From Vitrella brassicaformis CCMP3155 (Eukaryota; Protista; Chromerida), in NCBI GenBank assembly GCA_001179505.1, contig CDMY01000654.1, positions 1 through 36,070 on the forward strand: a stretch of DNA of 36,070 nt, given 5' to 3'. The translations under genes and the position numbers were made by a program. Shown here piece by piece: positions 1 to 14,559 of this stretch (positions within the stretch are counted from its first letter, which is position 1; each line of letters begins with the position of its first letter). Below the pieces are notes generated by a model. It was given only the letters and a program-made list of their open reading frames with translations. It was not told where the DNA came from and made no database searches.

Positions 1-132
1 AGAGTCCACGTAGGACATGTAGTATGCGTCAGTCCATCCTGTCTGACGTCCTGTCCGCCATGGCCTGTCTCATGGAACGGACAAAGACTCAACAGCCGTC
101 CTGTCTCACAGATCAGTGGATCGTCGGTCTAT

Positions 133-153
133 GAACCCTAGACCCTAAACCCT
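133..153. repeat. three telomere-like heptamers (GAACCCT AGACCCT AAACCCT)
   Basis: Read directly. Reverse complement is AGGGTTT AGGGTCT AGGGTTC; AGGGTTT and AGGGTTC are the Plasmodium-type telomere units. Only 3 units. Confidence 0.4.
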
Positions 154-500
154 GGACCGACTTGCACTTCTGACAATTATTTGCGTGGATCTTTGTCTTT
201 TGCACTCTAAGCTCGCGGTCCTTGCCGATCGCTGTCGTGGGGTTTTTCCCATTGGAGGTGCGTATGGAGGCTGCTGTCATGCTCATCTGGACGCTGATTA
301 CGCGGGGGGTCTGCGAAATCGGTGAATGCTTGTGTGCAGCAGCAGGCGGCAGACAGACAGATGAACGGACAGAACAGATAAGTGCAAATCAGTTTGAGCA
401 GATGGATCTGGATGCATTGCTGTATGTCTTGTGAAGGCTCGACCGGCCGACCGACCGACCGAGACCCACACACACGCACACACATCGAGAAACATACAGG

Positions 501-3500
501 CTATCGATACAGCTGGGTGCCCAGGGCGTGTTGCTTCGAGTACTCCCAGATGCACAGCGCCCCACTCACGTGCACATTCAGCGACCGAATCACGCCCATC
601 TGAGGGATCTCCACGCAGTGGTCCAGCAGGTGCAGCATGTCCGCCGGCACGCCCTCCTTCTCCGCACCCAGCAGCAGCACACACCGCTGCGGGAAGACGA
701 AGGACGTCAGCTGCACCGATGTGGCGCTCTGCTCGACACCCACACACTGGTAGCCTTCACGCCGGCGGGCCTGCACGTAGGCAGGGAGAGAAGACGCCTC
801 CACCTGCACACACACACACACACACAGAAACATCGAGACACGAAGAGCGGTGTGTCCGCTGTCTGCTGATGGTGTACCTCTGTAATGGGCAGCCAGCGGT
901 CGGCCGTGACGGCAATGGCCTTGAATGAGGGGTCACGCAACACCGACTTTTTGGGCACCACCAGACACCTGCACGAGCGCACGAGGATGGGAGAAGCTTG
1001 TCGCTTCCCACGGATTCACTCCTTCTTCCTTCTCACTTGGCATTGAAGACCTCAGCAGTCCGTGTGAGGCCCGCCAGGTTGGGGACCCGGTCGATGAGTG
1101 ACGCCACCACAATCAGCTCGCTTCTCACACGGGCGCCATAGCCGCCCCGTCCCTGGCCGCAATCTCCTTCAATGTGGCTGACGGCCCAGGGGGTGAATTT
1201 GCGCTGCCACGCGAGAGCGCCGTCATCTGCACTGCTGGGATCTGGTCGTGTGCTGGCCACTGGCGGAGTGTCGATCGGCACTGAGTCGGCCAGAGGGGCC
1301 GGCAGGGGAGGGGGAGCCGAGGATGCCTTGAAGGGCTCGTCGTATTGGAGGACCTCGGTGGTCATTTCCTCTCGGATGGACACCCTGACGACAGGAAACG
1401 AGGAGGGCATGAGGGCACCCACGCCACCCCTGTGTGTGCGATGCTGACATCATGGTTGAGATGAACGACCAGCTTGGGCGCAGGTCGTCGTCCATCCACA
1501 CGGGCGCACCGCCAGGCTGGCCGGCGAGACTCTCATCGGTCGGCACATCGACCTCCCGCGGCATCGGACCGCCCTCTGAACACACACACACACACACACG
1601 CCCACACACACGGACACAGACAAACACGTCGATAAAGAGCAGCCACGACACACCGACTGACCTGGCAGAAGGACCTCGATATTGCACTCACTGAAAGGGT
1701 CCAGCAGGTCCCAGATGAGAGTCGTCCGCTGCCGCACCTTGGAGGCCTCCCTGCTCTCAGCCAGGTACCGCACCACACCACACAGCAGCGCACGGCCCGC
1801 CTTGGTGACGAACGGGGTGTTTGCTGCACCATCAGTGGCGGTGAAGGCTGAGGCTCCGTCGCTAGAGGGCGTGTTGATGAGGTGCTGCAGGAGTCTGTGC
1901 AGGGTCACTTGTGTGGGGATGCGGAGGGGGGCGAAGTTGCTCGTCAAGTACGGCAGGAGGGCTGCAAAGACACACATCGCAATTGCCACGACAGTGACGA
2001 TGGATTGGACCGACGTGTGTTGCCCTGTGTCTTGCTGACCTTCGAGTATCTGCCAGCAGACCTCTGTGTTTCGTGCGACGTCGCTTGATGGACCTGCTGA
2101 CCCATGGGTAGCCGAGAACGCCATAGGCAGATGCAGCAGCATGTAGCCGGCCACCTGAAAGACATGCACGCACTCACACGTACGCATATACCGGCAACGC
2201 CTCTCTCGCACCGTGACAAATGTGGTCTGGCATTGCACGGTGAATTCCGTCCTTGTCAGCCCTTCCACCAGCCGCCCCGCCACACCCGACGGATGCCTCA
2301 CACCAACCGCACACCCAACCAGGTCGATGTAATGCCGCACATCCGGGAAATGTGCACACGATGCGTGACGGAACACAAAATCCGCCAGCTGCTCGAGCGT
2401 CGATGTGTCGCGGCCTTCATCGTCACCGAGAACGTATTGGACGACGCACGCCAGCGATTGCCACCCCCTGATCTGAATGCGGTGGTAGAGGCTGTTGGGC
2501 ATGGCTGCCGATGGGGCGGCTGTGGGCTTGTCAGCCGACTTCTTGATGCCCTTCTTCTCATCGGGCGGCCGCCTGATATCCTCCAAATTCTGGTCGAGCC
2601 GACGGGTAAGCGCCGACACAGTCGCCCGCACGAATCGCTGTGCACTGAGAGAGACAGACCTGCACACAACGAACAGCGTATCCAATCCAGCTGTCTTTCA
2701 TGTGCGGCTTGCTTACCCTTCTCGCACAGCTCTCCCAAGGCCGTCGATGAAGCACAAGGCCAGCACACGAGCAAGCGCTGACGACTCCACGAAAGCGCGG
2801 ATATCAATGTTGGCAGCTTCAGACGAGGGAAACCACGCAGGCGGCCGAATAGGTGACACATCGTCACCAGCACCATCACCGCAGCTGACATAAGGAGGGT
2901 CTGATGGATGCCGCGCGTGAGTGTCGCTGCTGCTGCTGGCCGCGAACACATCAAGAGGCCGGCTCTGCGCGCCGTCTTGCAGGACGCCTTCACGCGCCAC
3001 CAGCAGCTCCGCCAGTGCACTCACGTAAGGCTCCATGGCGGCATCAGGGAGGTCACCACACGACGGCGAGGCCCACAGACGAGCCAACGCCGAGAGGAAA
3101 GGAACTGCATACACAGACATGATTCAACAGACACGCGTCATGTGTTGGCCTCTTGGTGTGGTGTGGGTGGGATACCTGTGGCTGCCCGCGTGACGCCAAG
3201 GCACTGGTCGCCGAGGGAAAGGCCGCGACGGAGCGACGTGAGAACAGGGCGGGCTTCGGCGGGCTCTCCTTCCGCGTACAGGTGTGCCTCGGCGTCGATC
3301 GTGAGCGCGTTGAAGACCGTCAAGCTCAGCTCGCGAAGCAGCTGTGGCGCACAAACGACGACGCACCATCACAAGAGCAGACAAGGCGGCACGTGTGTTC
3401 AGCCAGCCGACATACGTACCTCGTTTGTGCCGAGGGACAGCTGGATGTCCTCCAGGTACCGCCACACACTCCCACACAGACACTCCAGCGCCTCTCGCAG

Positions 3501-6500
3501 AGCCGCCCTCCTCCCCTGGTCGGTCTCGTCGCCCACACGGCTGAAGAGAATCGGCAGTGCCAGCCATCTCACCGCTCGCAATAGGACACTTGCCGCACCA
3601 GCCTCACAAGCGTCCAGACGGTCCATGAGCGACCGCGCAAAGCACTCGGTTGCCGTGAGAGGGGAGGAGGGGGCTGTTGGGGGAAGGGGAAAGGACGGCA
3701 GCAGCGTCATCAGGAGGGGGGTGCTTGTGTTGGCTGCTGGCGGGTTGGATCGGTCGCCCATGGCTGCGAGTCTTGCTATGGCGAGGTACTGAGAGACGAA
3801 GAAATGGTCCCGGACATCTCGCCAAGTGCGCCATGGCCCGCCCCCCTGCACAGGTAGATAGCCAGGCAGCTCCTTCAACGATGTCGGCAGTATATAATTC
3901 TGGCGGCGACCTACCTCTCTGATTCGCGTGGATGATTCGCGGCTCTCCCTCGCTGAGACACATGACAACCAGGAAGACAGCTGCCATCAGGCGCCGCTCG
4001 TTCCATCTTGCCTGCCTGCCTGCCCACCTACTTTTAAGTACCTGTGGTCACCCCCTCGGCACCCTGCAGCACTTGCAGCACCGATGACGACTCTCCTTCA
4101 CCGCTATGCTCCTCTCCCCCCTGCTGTATCAGCAGCCGGATGTCTTTGCCCTCAGCGCGCGACATGGCTGGCCGCGGTGGCGATGCAGCCGAGATGGAGA
4201 CGAAGACAGAGGGGAGGAGGGGGGAGGAGGGGCTACAGGTGGGGGTCAGGGCGGCGATGAGACCTGACGGAAGACATCTTAATCGCTTTGGTGTCGGGTT
4301 TGTGAGCGAGTGGATGAGGGGGTTGGCTGACCGGAGGCAAATGACGCCAGGATGGCCGTATCTGGAACAAGGGAAAGAAATATAGTGTGCATCCACGCGT
4401 GTGTGCATTGCGATCCCGTCATACCGATGCTGGCTGGTGCATCGGGTGAACACGCAGAACTGAGCAGCCGGTGAGCCGTAGCCAGCAGCTCCTCAGCACT
4501 GTTACAGACGCGCCCCTGGTAAGGTCGGCTCGGCTCCATGTGTCCATGCAGCTTACCCACCGTGGCAGCTGTGTGTGGAGTCGTGTTGCGAGCGCATCAA
4601 CGACCCATATCAACAGATACCCACACTCACACAAATCCACACACACGCGACCACACTCTGACATAGGGAACGAAGGGAGGGAAGGCACAAACAGACAGAC
4701 AGACAGACCGACCTGTGTGTACGCCTTTGGTGGTTTCCATGGGCGTACACCTGGCATGTACCTGTGTTTTGTTGCTGGCTCGAGCCGCATGCGGCCAGGC
4801 ACTCCTCCGCCTTCATCGCCACATACGACATCACCTCGACAGCCACACGCTTAACGAACACACACACGCACACACACACACACACACACGTGCCTTCTTC
4901 TCGCGGAGAAGCCGAAGGGTCGTCTATCTACCTGGAGTGCCGCCGCATCAGCCGCCATGAATGTGGGCATGTGTGTGAGCAGGTAGGAGAAGATGTACAG
5001 GCGGCACCGGACGGCGGCAGCGGGGAGATACGAGTGGCTGTACACCTGAGCGAGCAGAGGAGATGGGATGGATAAGCGAGATACGACACAGGCAGCTGGT
5101 GTACCTACCTGGAGAACGGACGTCTCCAGGGCAGGGAGTGATTGCTGCAAGAGGGGGGGGGGGGGTNNNNNNNNNNNNNNNNNNNNNNNNNNNNNNNNNN
5201 NNNNNNNNNNNNNNNNNNNNNNNNNNNNNNNNNNNNNNNNNNNNNNNNNNNNNNNNNNNNNNNNNNNNNNNNNNNNNNNNNNNNNNNNNNNNNNNNNNNN
5301 NNNNNNNNNNNNNNNNNNNNNNNNNNNNNNNNNNNNNNNNNNNNNNNNNNNNNNNNNNNNNNNNNNNNNNNNNNNNNNNNNNNNNNNNNNNNNNNNNNNN
5401 NNNNNNNNNNNNNNNNNNNNNNNNNNNNNNNNNNNNNNNNNNNNNNNNNNNNNNNNNNNNNNNNNNGGGGGGGGGGGGGTTGCACACACGTGCAAGGTGA
5501 GCAACGGATTGTTCGGTGCGCGCGGTGTTCTGTTTGTCACCTTGGTGAGATCGTGTGTGCCATCCCCATCACACACGAGCATCAACCGGCCCAGCCCGCG
5601 ACACACCACCTGCAGCCATGCACCAGCGCCCGCATCAGCACAATGCAATCCACATTCTTCTCCTAAACCAACCCGGTCGGCGCTCCCGAGCTCCTTGACG
5701 CCCTCCACTTCGCCCTTGCCCAACACGCCCGCATAAACGCTCCAATACCAGTCCATGAGCGCCGCCCCATCGGGCCACATGGCCTTGACCGCTGCCTTCA
5801 TGAGACCACGGTCAGCCGGCCTGTCGACCAGGCGGTCAGGCAGGGAGGCAAAGAGGGCCACTGCTGTGGCGGGTGTGACCGAGCCGGGTGCCGTGTGGTT
5901 GGCGAGGATGCGTAGGAGGATGGAGTAGAGGGTGGGGCGCATGGCCACCGCGGCTTCTCGCATCTGGCGGGACGGCAGCTGACTGACCGGCCCTTTCACG
6001 TGCTCCTCCCTGAGCACACCGACACACAGCCAGACAGACAGCCGAATCAGCGGGGAGAGGGGAACGTTCGAGAGACCCACTTGAGTGTCCTCGGTGTGCG
6101 GCCGTCGTCAGTCGGCAGGTCGGCCAGCACCTCGAGGAACAGCCGAAGAGGCGTCGCGTTGACCACATTGGCCACCACAAAAGACAGATAGCGGGGCACG
6201 GCGAAATGAGGGTCCGGATGGGCCTTCAGCGTCTCGTGCACGAAGAGCCTCACGCTCCTTTCCATCGCCGGCGCCTCCACACGCGACGCAAAAAGGCCAG
6301 GGTCCGCCAGGGCCACCAGCAGACGGTCAAATAGAAAGCTATCGGTGAATCGGAAGCCGCCCTTGTCCTCGGCTGTGGCCATGGTGTCCATCAGCGACGT
6401 GAGGACGAACTTAGTCACATTGCCGTTCTCATGTGTGAGGGCCCGCAGCACCAGACACTCCACCCACAGCGGCTGCATCGATGTCAAAGGGGTGGAGTCG

Positions 6501-7673
6501 GGCATGCTGCTGCCGCACAGCCGCATGAGAGCCTTGAAGCGGGGCGGCCACTGGGTCTTCACCAGGTGCGCGGCGTACTCTTCCAGCACATCCATCAGAC
6601 CGAAGAAATCCGCCCACCCGTCCTTTCGACCCCCCTCCTCTCCTCGCGCCAGCAGCCTCTGAAGCATCATCTTGGCGCGCTTCCGCGTGATCGATTCTGT
6701 GTCCGCCAATCCCCTCACAATGGCAGCCCATCGGCAATCTGACGCATGGGCGAGAGGCAGCGATCGAGGCGAGAAGAGGTGGCCGAAGCAAGCCACGGCA
6801 AAGGCGTACGAGGACTGGGTGTGCCGTACTGATGAGAAGAGCAGCAGGGCGGTGTCGGGTGCTGATGGCGATGCGTCAAGGACAGGCGGCGCTAGGGTGA
6901 GCAACAGCCGGAGAGGTGCGGGGATGTCAAGCCTCGTCGGGTGCGATGGAATGGGGGGCGGCGCGGAGCCGGCGAGGGACACCAGCAGAGGGGTCAGCGC
7001 CGCAACAGCCGCCGACAACCGTTGCTGTCGGTTGGTCTCCCACAGTTGTGTCAGATAGCAAGTCACCAGTTCACCCAAAGCGACAGCCGACACCGTCCCC
7101 TCTGACCGATCGCCATCCTCATCATCGCCGTCCGCATTTGCCGCCTTCTCAGCCTCACGCACAATGACGTCCTCCAGCGGGAGTTCATCAGAAGAGAGGC
7201 TGGCAGCGAGGCGACAGACGGAGGGATGGATGCTGCTGAGGTTGCTGCACCGCAGGATGGCGACACATGTGGTCGATATGAACGGCTGGACGGCAGCCTG
7301 CACGCTCGTGTCGTCCTCGGTGTTCGCCTGGCTGATCAGGTAGGCGAATGCCCGAACCAGGAGAAGCACATGCCGCTTGTCCAATGAGCTCACACCAGCC
7401 TGATTGCCACAAGCAAATAGGAGCCATATCAAATCTCACTGAGTGCGTGCATCGTGCAGTCACCTGCGTGATCTCCGTGTTGATCTGCGCCGCCAGCTGC
7501 AGGGCCCGCCTCGCCGTCAGCTGCTGGCCCGCTGCCTCACCGGAAGATGCTGACGATGGGACAAGAACGAGGGGCCCAAAGTGCTGCAGCAGCTGGTCTA
7601 TCATCGACTCGGTGACGCTGTCTTCCGGCAGATCTGCCACGAAGCTCTTGACGCGCGAGATCCCATCCACCAT
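501..7673 (-). CDS. TARBP1: tRNA (guanosine-18 2'-O)-methyltransferase, TARBP1/Trm3-like: long helical N-terminal region and C-terminal SpoU domain; multi-exon
   Basis: Spliced C-terminal exons (about 1037-1430, 878-968, 501-803) give ELIVVASLIDRVPNLAGLTRTAEVFNAK / CLVVPKKSVLRDPSFKAIAVTADRWLPITE / ...VGVEQSATS...VLLLGAEKEGVPADMLHLLDHCVEIPQMGVIRSLNVHVSGALCIWEY, the SpoU motif set typical of Trm3/TARBP1. Upstream exons include YHRIQIRGWQSLAC, ESITRKRAKMMLQ and WADFFGLMDVLEEYAAHLVKTQWP. ATG at 7673 (MVDGISRV); TAG at 501-503. Internal exon boundaries are approximate. Confidence 0.88.
5167..5466. other. assembly gap (300 N) flanked by poly-G, inside a TARBP1 intron
   Basis: The N run is seen directly with G tracts on both sides. 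Minus-strand donor AAG|GTGACA near 5543 and acceptor TTGCAG near 5145 bracket it. Confidence 0.9.
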
Positions 7674-7845
7674 GGTGGTGCGCGGAAGATGAATCAATCG
7701 CTCGAATCAAGCATGGGGATCAGCCAAGCATCAAGCACTGACACTGCACACGCCAGAACACGGAGATTTCTTCCGCAGCTGTGAGCTAAGCTCGCAGCAA
7801 GACTCCAAGCTCGCAAAACGCTGCCAAGGTTTCGTTTGGATAGTC
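7674..7845. promoter_or_regulatory. putative compact bidirectional promoter (TARBP1 / NKAP)
   Basis: The two start codons diverge only 172 bp apart. No specific motif identified. Confidence 0.55.
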
Positions 7846-10546
<2,701 letters not shown>

Positions 10547-11792
10547 TCTGATCACCTCCTGGGGCTGTGGCAAAAGTGTTGGGCGGGAGGATTGGGGGCA
10601 TTTTTCGTGCATGCGTGGGGTGCACTGCGTTTCAAATGCACTCGTACGTGGATCCATCCAGCGGACCTCCTGTGTGGTCCGTATGTGGTGATCGGGACGG
10701 TTCGTTCATTTCTGCCTTGCCTTGATGGCATCGATAACGCGCATCTACGCTACGCATCATCGCCTTTGTTCTGCCGTGTCAATCCACACACACACACACA
10801 TGCACCACGAGCCAAGACATCACACGCATATTGACTCGCATAAAGAGAGAGACCACCCTCATCGAATGCAGCCGTTCGTTTGAGCACTGGCCGATCTCCT
10901 GAAACAGGCCGCAACGATGGTGACGCCGCTGGCAACACAGGAGCGTCACTTTCGTTACAGCCTGATTCACTAGATCGACCAATGCAGCACGAACGCATCC
11001 ACTCAGCAATCAACCGGGTCAGGGGTGTCTAGGTATAGGTATTCTCTTGCATATTGTGTATAAGGCTGTCGCTTGCGTGGCCTCACCATACCAGTGTGCG
11101 CGCCTCAGCCGAGACCCTCCAACCCCCTGCACACACCAAGAGGGGAAACCTGGTGCACAGGACGTCGGCTGGCCGCGGACCAAGCAGCAGACAGGGATGA
11201 GCGCAAGCCACGCGTTCACAGACGACGACGCCAATCAGCAGCAGACAGGGATGAGAGCGCAAGACAAGAAAAATGCCAACGGATCGCATGGACAATGGAA
11301 AAAGACAGAGTGACGCCTGGGGTGGTAGAGGGAAGAAGCATCAGACGCACACGCAGAGAGACAGAGAGAGAGAGAGAGAGGCAGGCAGGCAGGTACATAC
11401 ACATCCACCACACACGCAAACACGGCGCTGTCTTAAAATGGCCGACCGTCTCCATCGGTCTCTCCCGTCTCCTACAACAACATTTCACTACTACAAAGCT
11501 ACAGAGGGTCGGAAAAACGTCTTGGCAGCTCTACGCAACGGTGCACTGCACCGCAGCCGGCCGGCCGGCCAGGCAGCAGATGGAAAAGGAAAGTGACAGA
11601 CAGACAGGTGAAAGATGACGCAGCCAGCCACGCAGATACGCCGAACGAATGGTGTGTGTCGGTCTCGCGCGCACACGGCAGCGTGGTAGCTGCCCGCCTG
11701 GACACACACACACGCACATACACACGCGACACGCGATGAACAATTCCATCCATCCATCCATCCATTCACCTGTGAGTTGTGTCGATAGGCCA

Positions 11793-14422
11793 TCACATGC
11801 CGGGGAAGCCGCCAGGGAAGCCGCCCGGCATGCCGCCACCAGGCATCCCGCCTGGCATGCCGCCCGGCATCCCGCCGCCGGGCATGCCACCGCCGCCCAT
11901 CCCGCCGCCGAACTTGCCCATGAGCTTCTGGAACACCTTCTGGAAGGCCGGGTCGCTCATGTACTGTCATGTCAACACACACACACCATCCCCACACGAG
12001 ATGTGTGTGAGTGTGTGGAGGGGGGGGGGAGGGCCTTGACTGACCTCCATCATCTTGCCGGGGTTCTTCTGCACCTCCTCCAGCTTCTTGGCCAGCTGAT
12101 AGATCACACACACACACAAACCGCACCAGCGGATGGAGGGGTGCCATGACGTGCTTTGTACGCATGTGCCATGTGTGCACTGAACACACTTACCGAGGGG
12201 TCTTTGGTGATTTCCTCCGCGATCTCAGGGTCCCGCAGCAAAGTCTGCACGAAGTTCATGGGGTTCCCACCACCACCACCACCAGGCATCCCGCCCGCAC
12301 CAGCACCAGGCATACCTGCCCCACACCACCCCACACCAACAGACAGACACACAGGTGTTGTCGAAGAGAAGACAGTGTGTCGTCTGTGCCGACCGACCTA
12401 CCCGAGAAGTCGAGGTCGGGCATGTCGTCGTCATCCTCTTGCACGTTGGCACGGCTCTTCTTCTGCTCCTCCTCCTGACGCTTCTGCTCCTCGTAGCTGA
12501 ACCGCCCAGGAACAACACACGACACACACCATCCACACACGTGGCTGCTGTCGTCATTGGTGTGGTGTGGTGTGGTGTGTTGCGCGCACCGTCGCTGAGC
12601 CTCGGCCTTGCGGCGCCTCATCTCCTTCTCGCGCTTCTTGCGCTCCTTCTGCAGCCAGACAGGCACACAGACGAGGGCCTTGTCTGTGTGTTGTCCATGT
12701 GTGTATGTGGCTGTGTTGGCAGGTGCCGACCTCCTCCTGCTTGCGCTGCTTCATCCGTCGCTTATCGTCGAGTTTGGCGAACTTCTCGTCGACCAGCTTC
12801 TGCAACTCCCACACGCCCTCGTCGTAGTCAATCTGGAGAGCATTAGAAGCAGGCAGGACACAACACCGACGGCCTTGCTGCGTGCCTGCGTCTGCCTGTC
12901 TGTCCCTCACGCACCTTCTGGCCGAGGTCGAGGTCGCGATGGGCCTCCTCCCAGTGGCCCAAATAGCTGCGCGCACACACGCAGACACACGCAGACGGCC
13001 ATTTCATCTCTGCCCACAGCTAATACATGTGCCTGTGGTTGGCTTGGCTTGGCTTGGCTGACCGGTATGCCTTTCCTCTGATGCGGTACGCCTTGCCGTT
13101 GTCGGGGTTGATCTTGAGGGCCTCGTCGCAGTCACGGATACACGCTGCACACATGGACACAGGCAGACACACATACACACAGATCGATCTCTCCCTCTCT
13201 CTCTCCCTCTGTGTGCGCGTGTGTGTGTGTGGTCAGAAAAAAAAGCGGCTTACCCATGGGTTTTTGGGCCTTGAGGAGGACGTCAGCTCGCTTGGTGTAG
13301 AGGAGGGCCGTGGGGTTGCCCATCTCAACCACCTCAGTCAACTTCAACACCGCCATCACGTAGTCACCGTTCTGACACACACAACACACACACGGAGAAA
13401 CAGATGCCCCGGCTCCCGGGAGTTCCGCTGCGTGTCCGTTCTTTCTCACCTCGATGGCCTCCTGTGCGGCCTCCTTGAGGTCGCTGATCTTGGTGTACTG
13501 ACCCAACACACACCACACCATACACAGACAGACAGAGGCATGCCCTCAATCCCCCGCACATGCGCCCGTGTCCTCCCTGCCCACCCCACCTGTTCGTCGG
13601 TGAACTCGACTTCCCCTGCAGGGGCCAGCGAAGGGAACTCACTCGACTCGTCAGGAGCCATCAGATCGGGGTCATCCTGACACATGCACACACACACACA
13701 CACACATACGTGCGGGAGTCAAGTGCATTGAGGTGCGTGTGGATGGGACGGGGGGGGAGAAGGGGATGCGTGTCAGTGGTCGCGTACCTCCTCGGGTTCG
13801 TTCTCTTCGATCTCCTCGTCCTCCTCTTCCTCATCCTCCTCGGGCTCGTTGTCCTCCTCCATCCTCTCGGTGGTGGTGGTCGGCTTGCCGTTCTTCATCG
13901 GCTCATCTGGACAGCCACAACCACACACACATATATACACACAGACAGAGGGCAGCCATCCACACAATCAGCCTTCTAATGCACACCCTACCCTCATCGG
14001 CTTCTTCGACGTCGTCTTCCTTGCCCTCGGGCTTGGGCGGTATGGTGGCGCCGAGGCTCCGGAGGTAGTCGGTGAAGAACTGCAGCTTCGGCTCGTGCAG
14101 CACCTCGGGCGTCTGCTTCAGCAACGCAACGAAGTCCTTCAACGCAGCGACTGAAGCACACACACACAGCGGCAGAGGGACAGGACACGATAAGCCACAG
14201 ACAAGGAGCGAGACACCCATCATCTTCCTGCCCAGGTGACACCGCCAGCCGGCACCTGGTCAACATGCGCCCTCTCCCTGTCTGCGTTGCTGCCTGTTTG
14301 TGTGTCGGTGGTGACATGACAGTCACATCTGTGCCGCGAGGAGCCCAGCCCTCCGTCGCCTGCGCTTTGTCTGCCTTGTGTGTGTCCCCTCTGCGCTCAC
14401 TTTTGTTCGGGTCGATGCTCAT
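11793..14422 (-). CDS. ST13: Hsc70-interacting protein (HIP/ST13): N-terminal dimerisation domain, TPR domain, STI1 domain, GGMP repeats; multi-exon
   Basis: Exon 1 (14422-14401, MSIDPNK) splices in phase 1 to [38 protein letters not shown]. It is followed by acidic linker DDPDLM, TPR exons ([20 protein letters not shown]; [25 protein letters not shown]), [21 protein letters not shown] and GGMP/GGFP repeats. TGA at 11793-11795. Confidence 0.92.
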
Positions 14423-14559
14423 GGTCTCGGACGAGCGGGGCATCAAGCGCAGAACAGATGATGAATCAGAAAGCTGGCAGAGAGCTCAGATCTCACACCA
14501 CACAGAGGTGCTGGCCTCTCTGCAACACTTCTCCAACTTCCTACAAGTCGGCCGCGAGA

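Noticed and set aside
1-110. Four CCTGTC hexamers (38, 50, 64, 100) as transposon subterminal repeats
   Set aside because: Too short, irregularly spaced, and cut by the window edge; no terminal inverted repeat visible.
207-485. Extra coding exon or small ORFs 3' of TARBP1
   Set aside because: The SpoU domain is complete with TAG at 501-503; the downstream ORFs are repeat-derived with no recognisable motif.
4851-5736. Long ORFs spanning the N gap
   Set aside because: Artefacts of translating N as X.
11014-11040. Similarity of CCGGGTCAGGGGTGTCTAGG to the reverse complement of the 133-160 telomere-like segment
   Set aside because: Only scattered short matches; not alignable with confidence.
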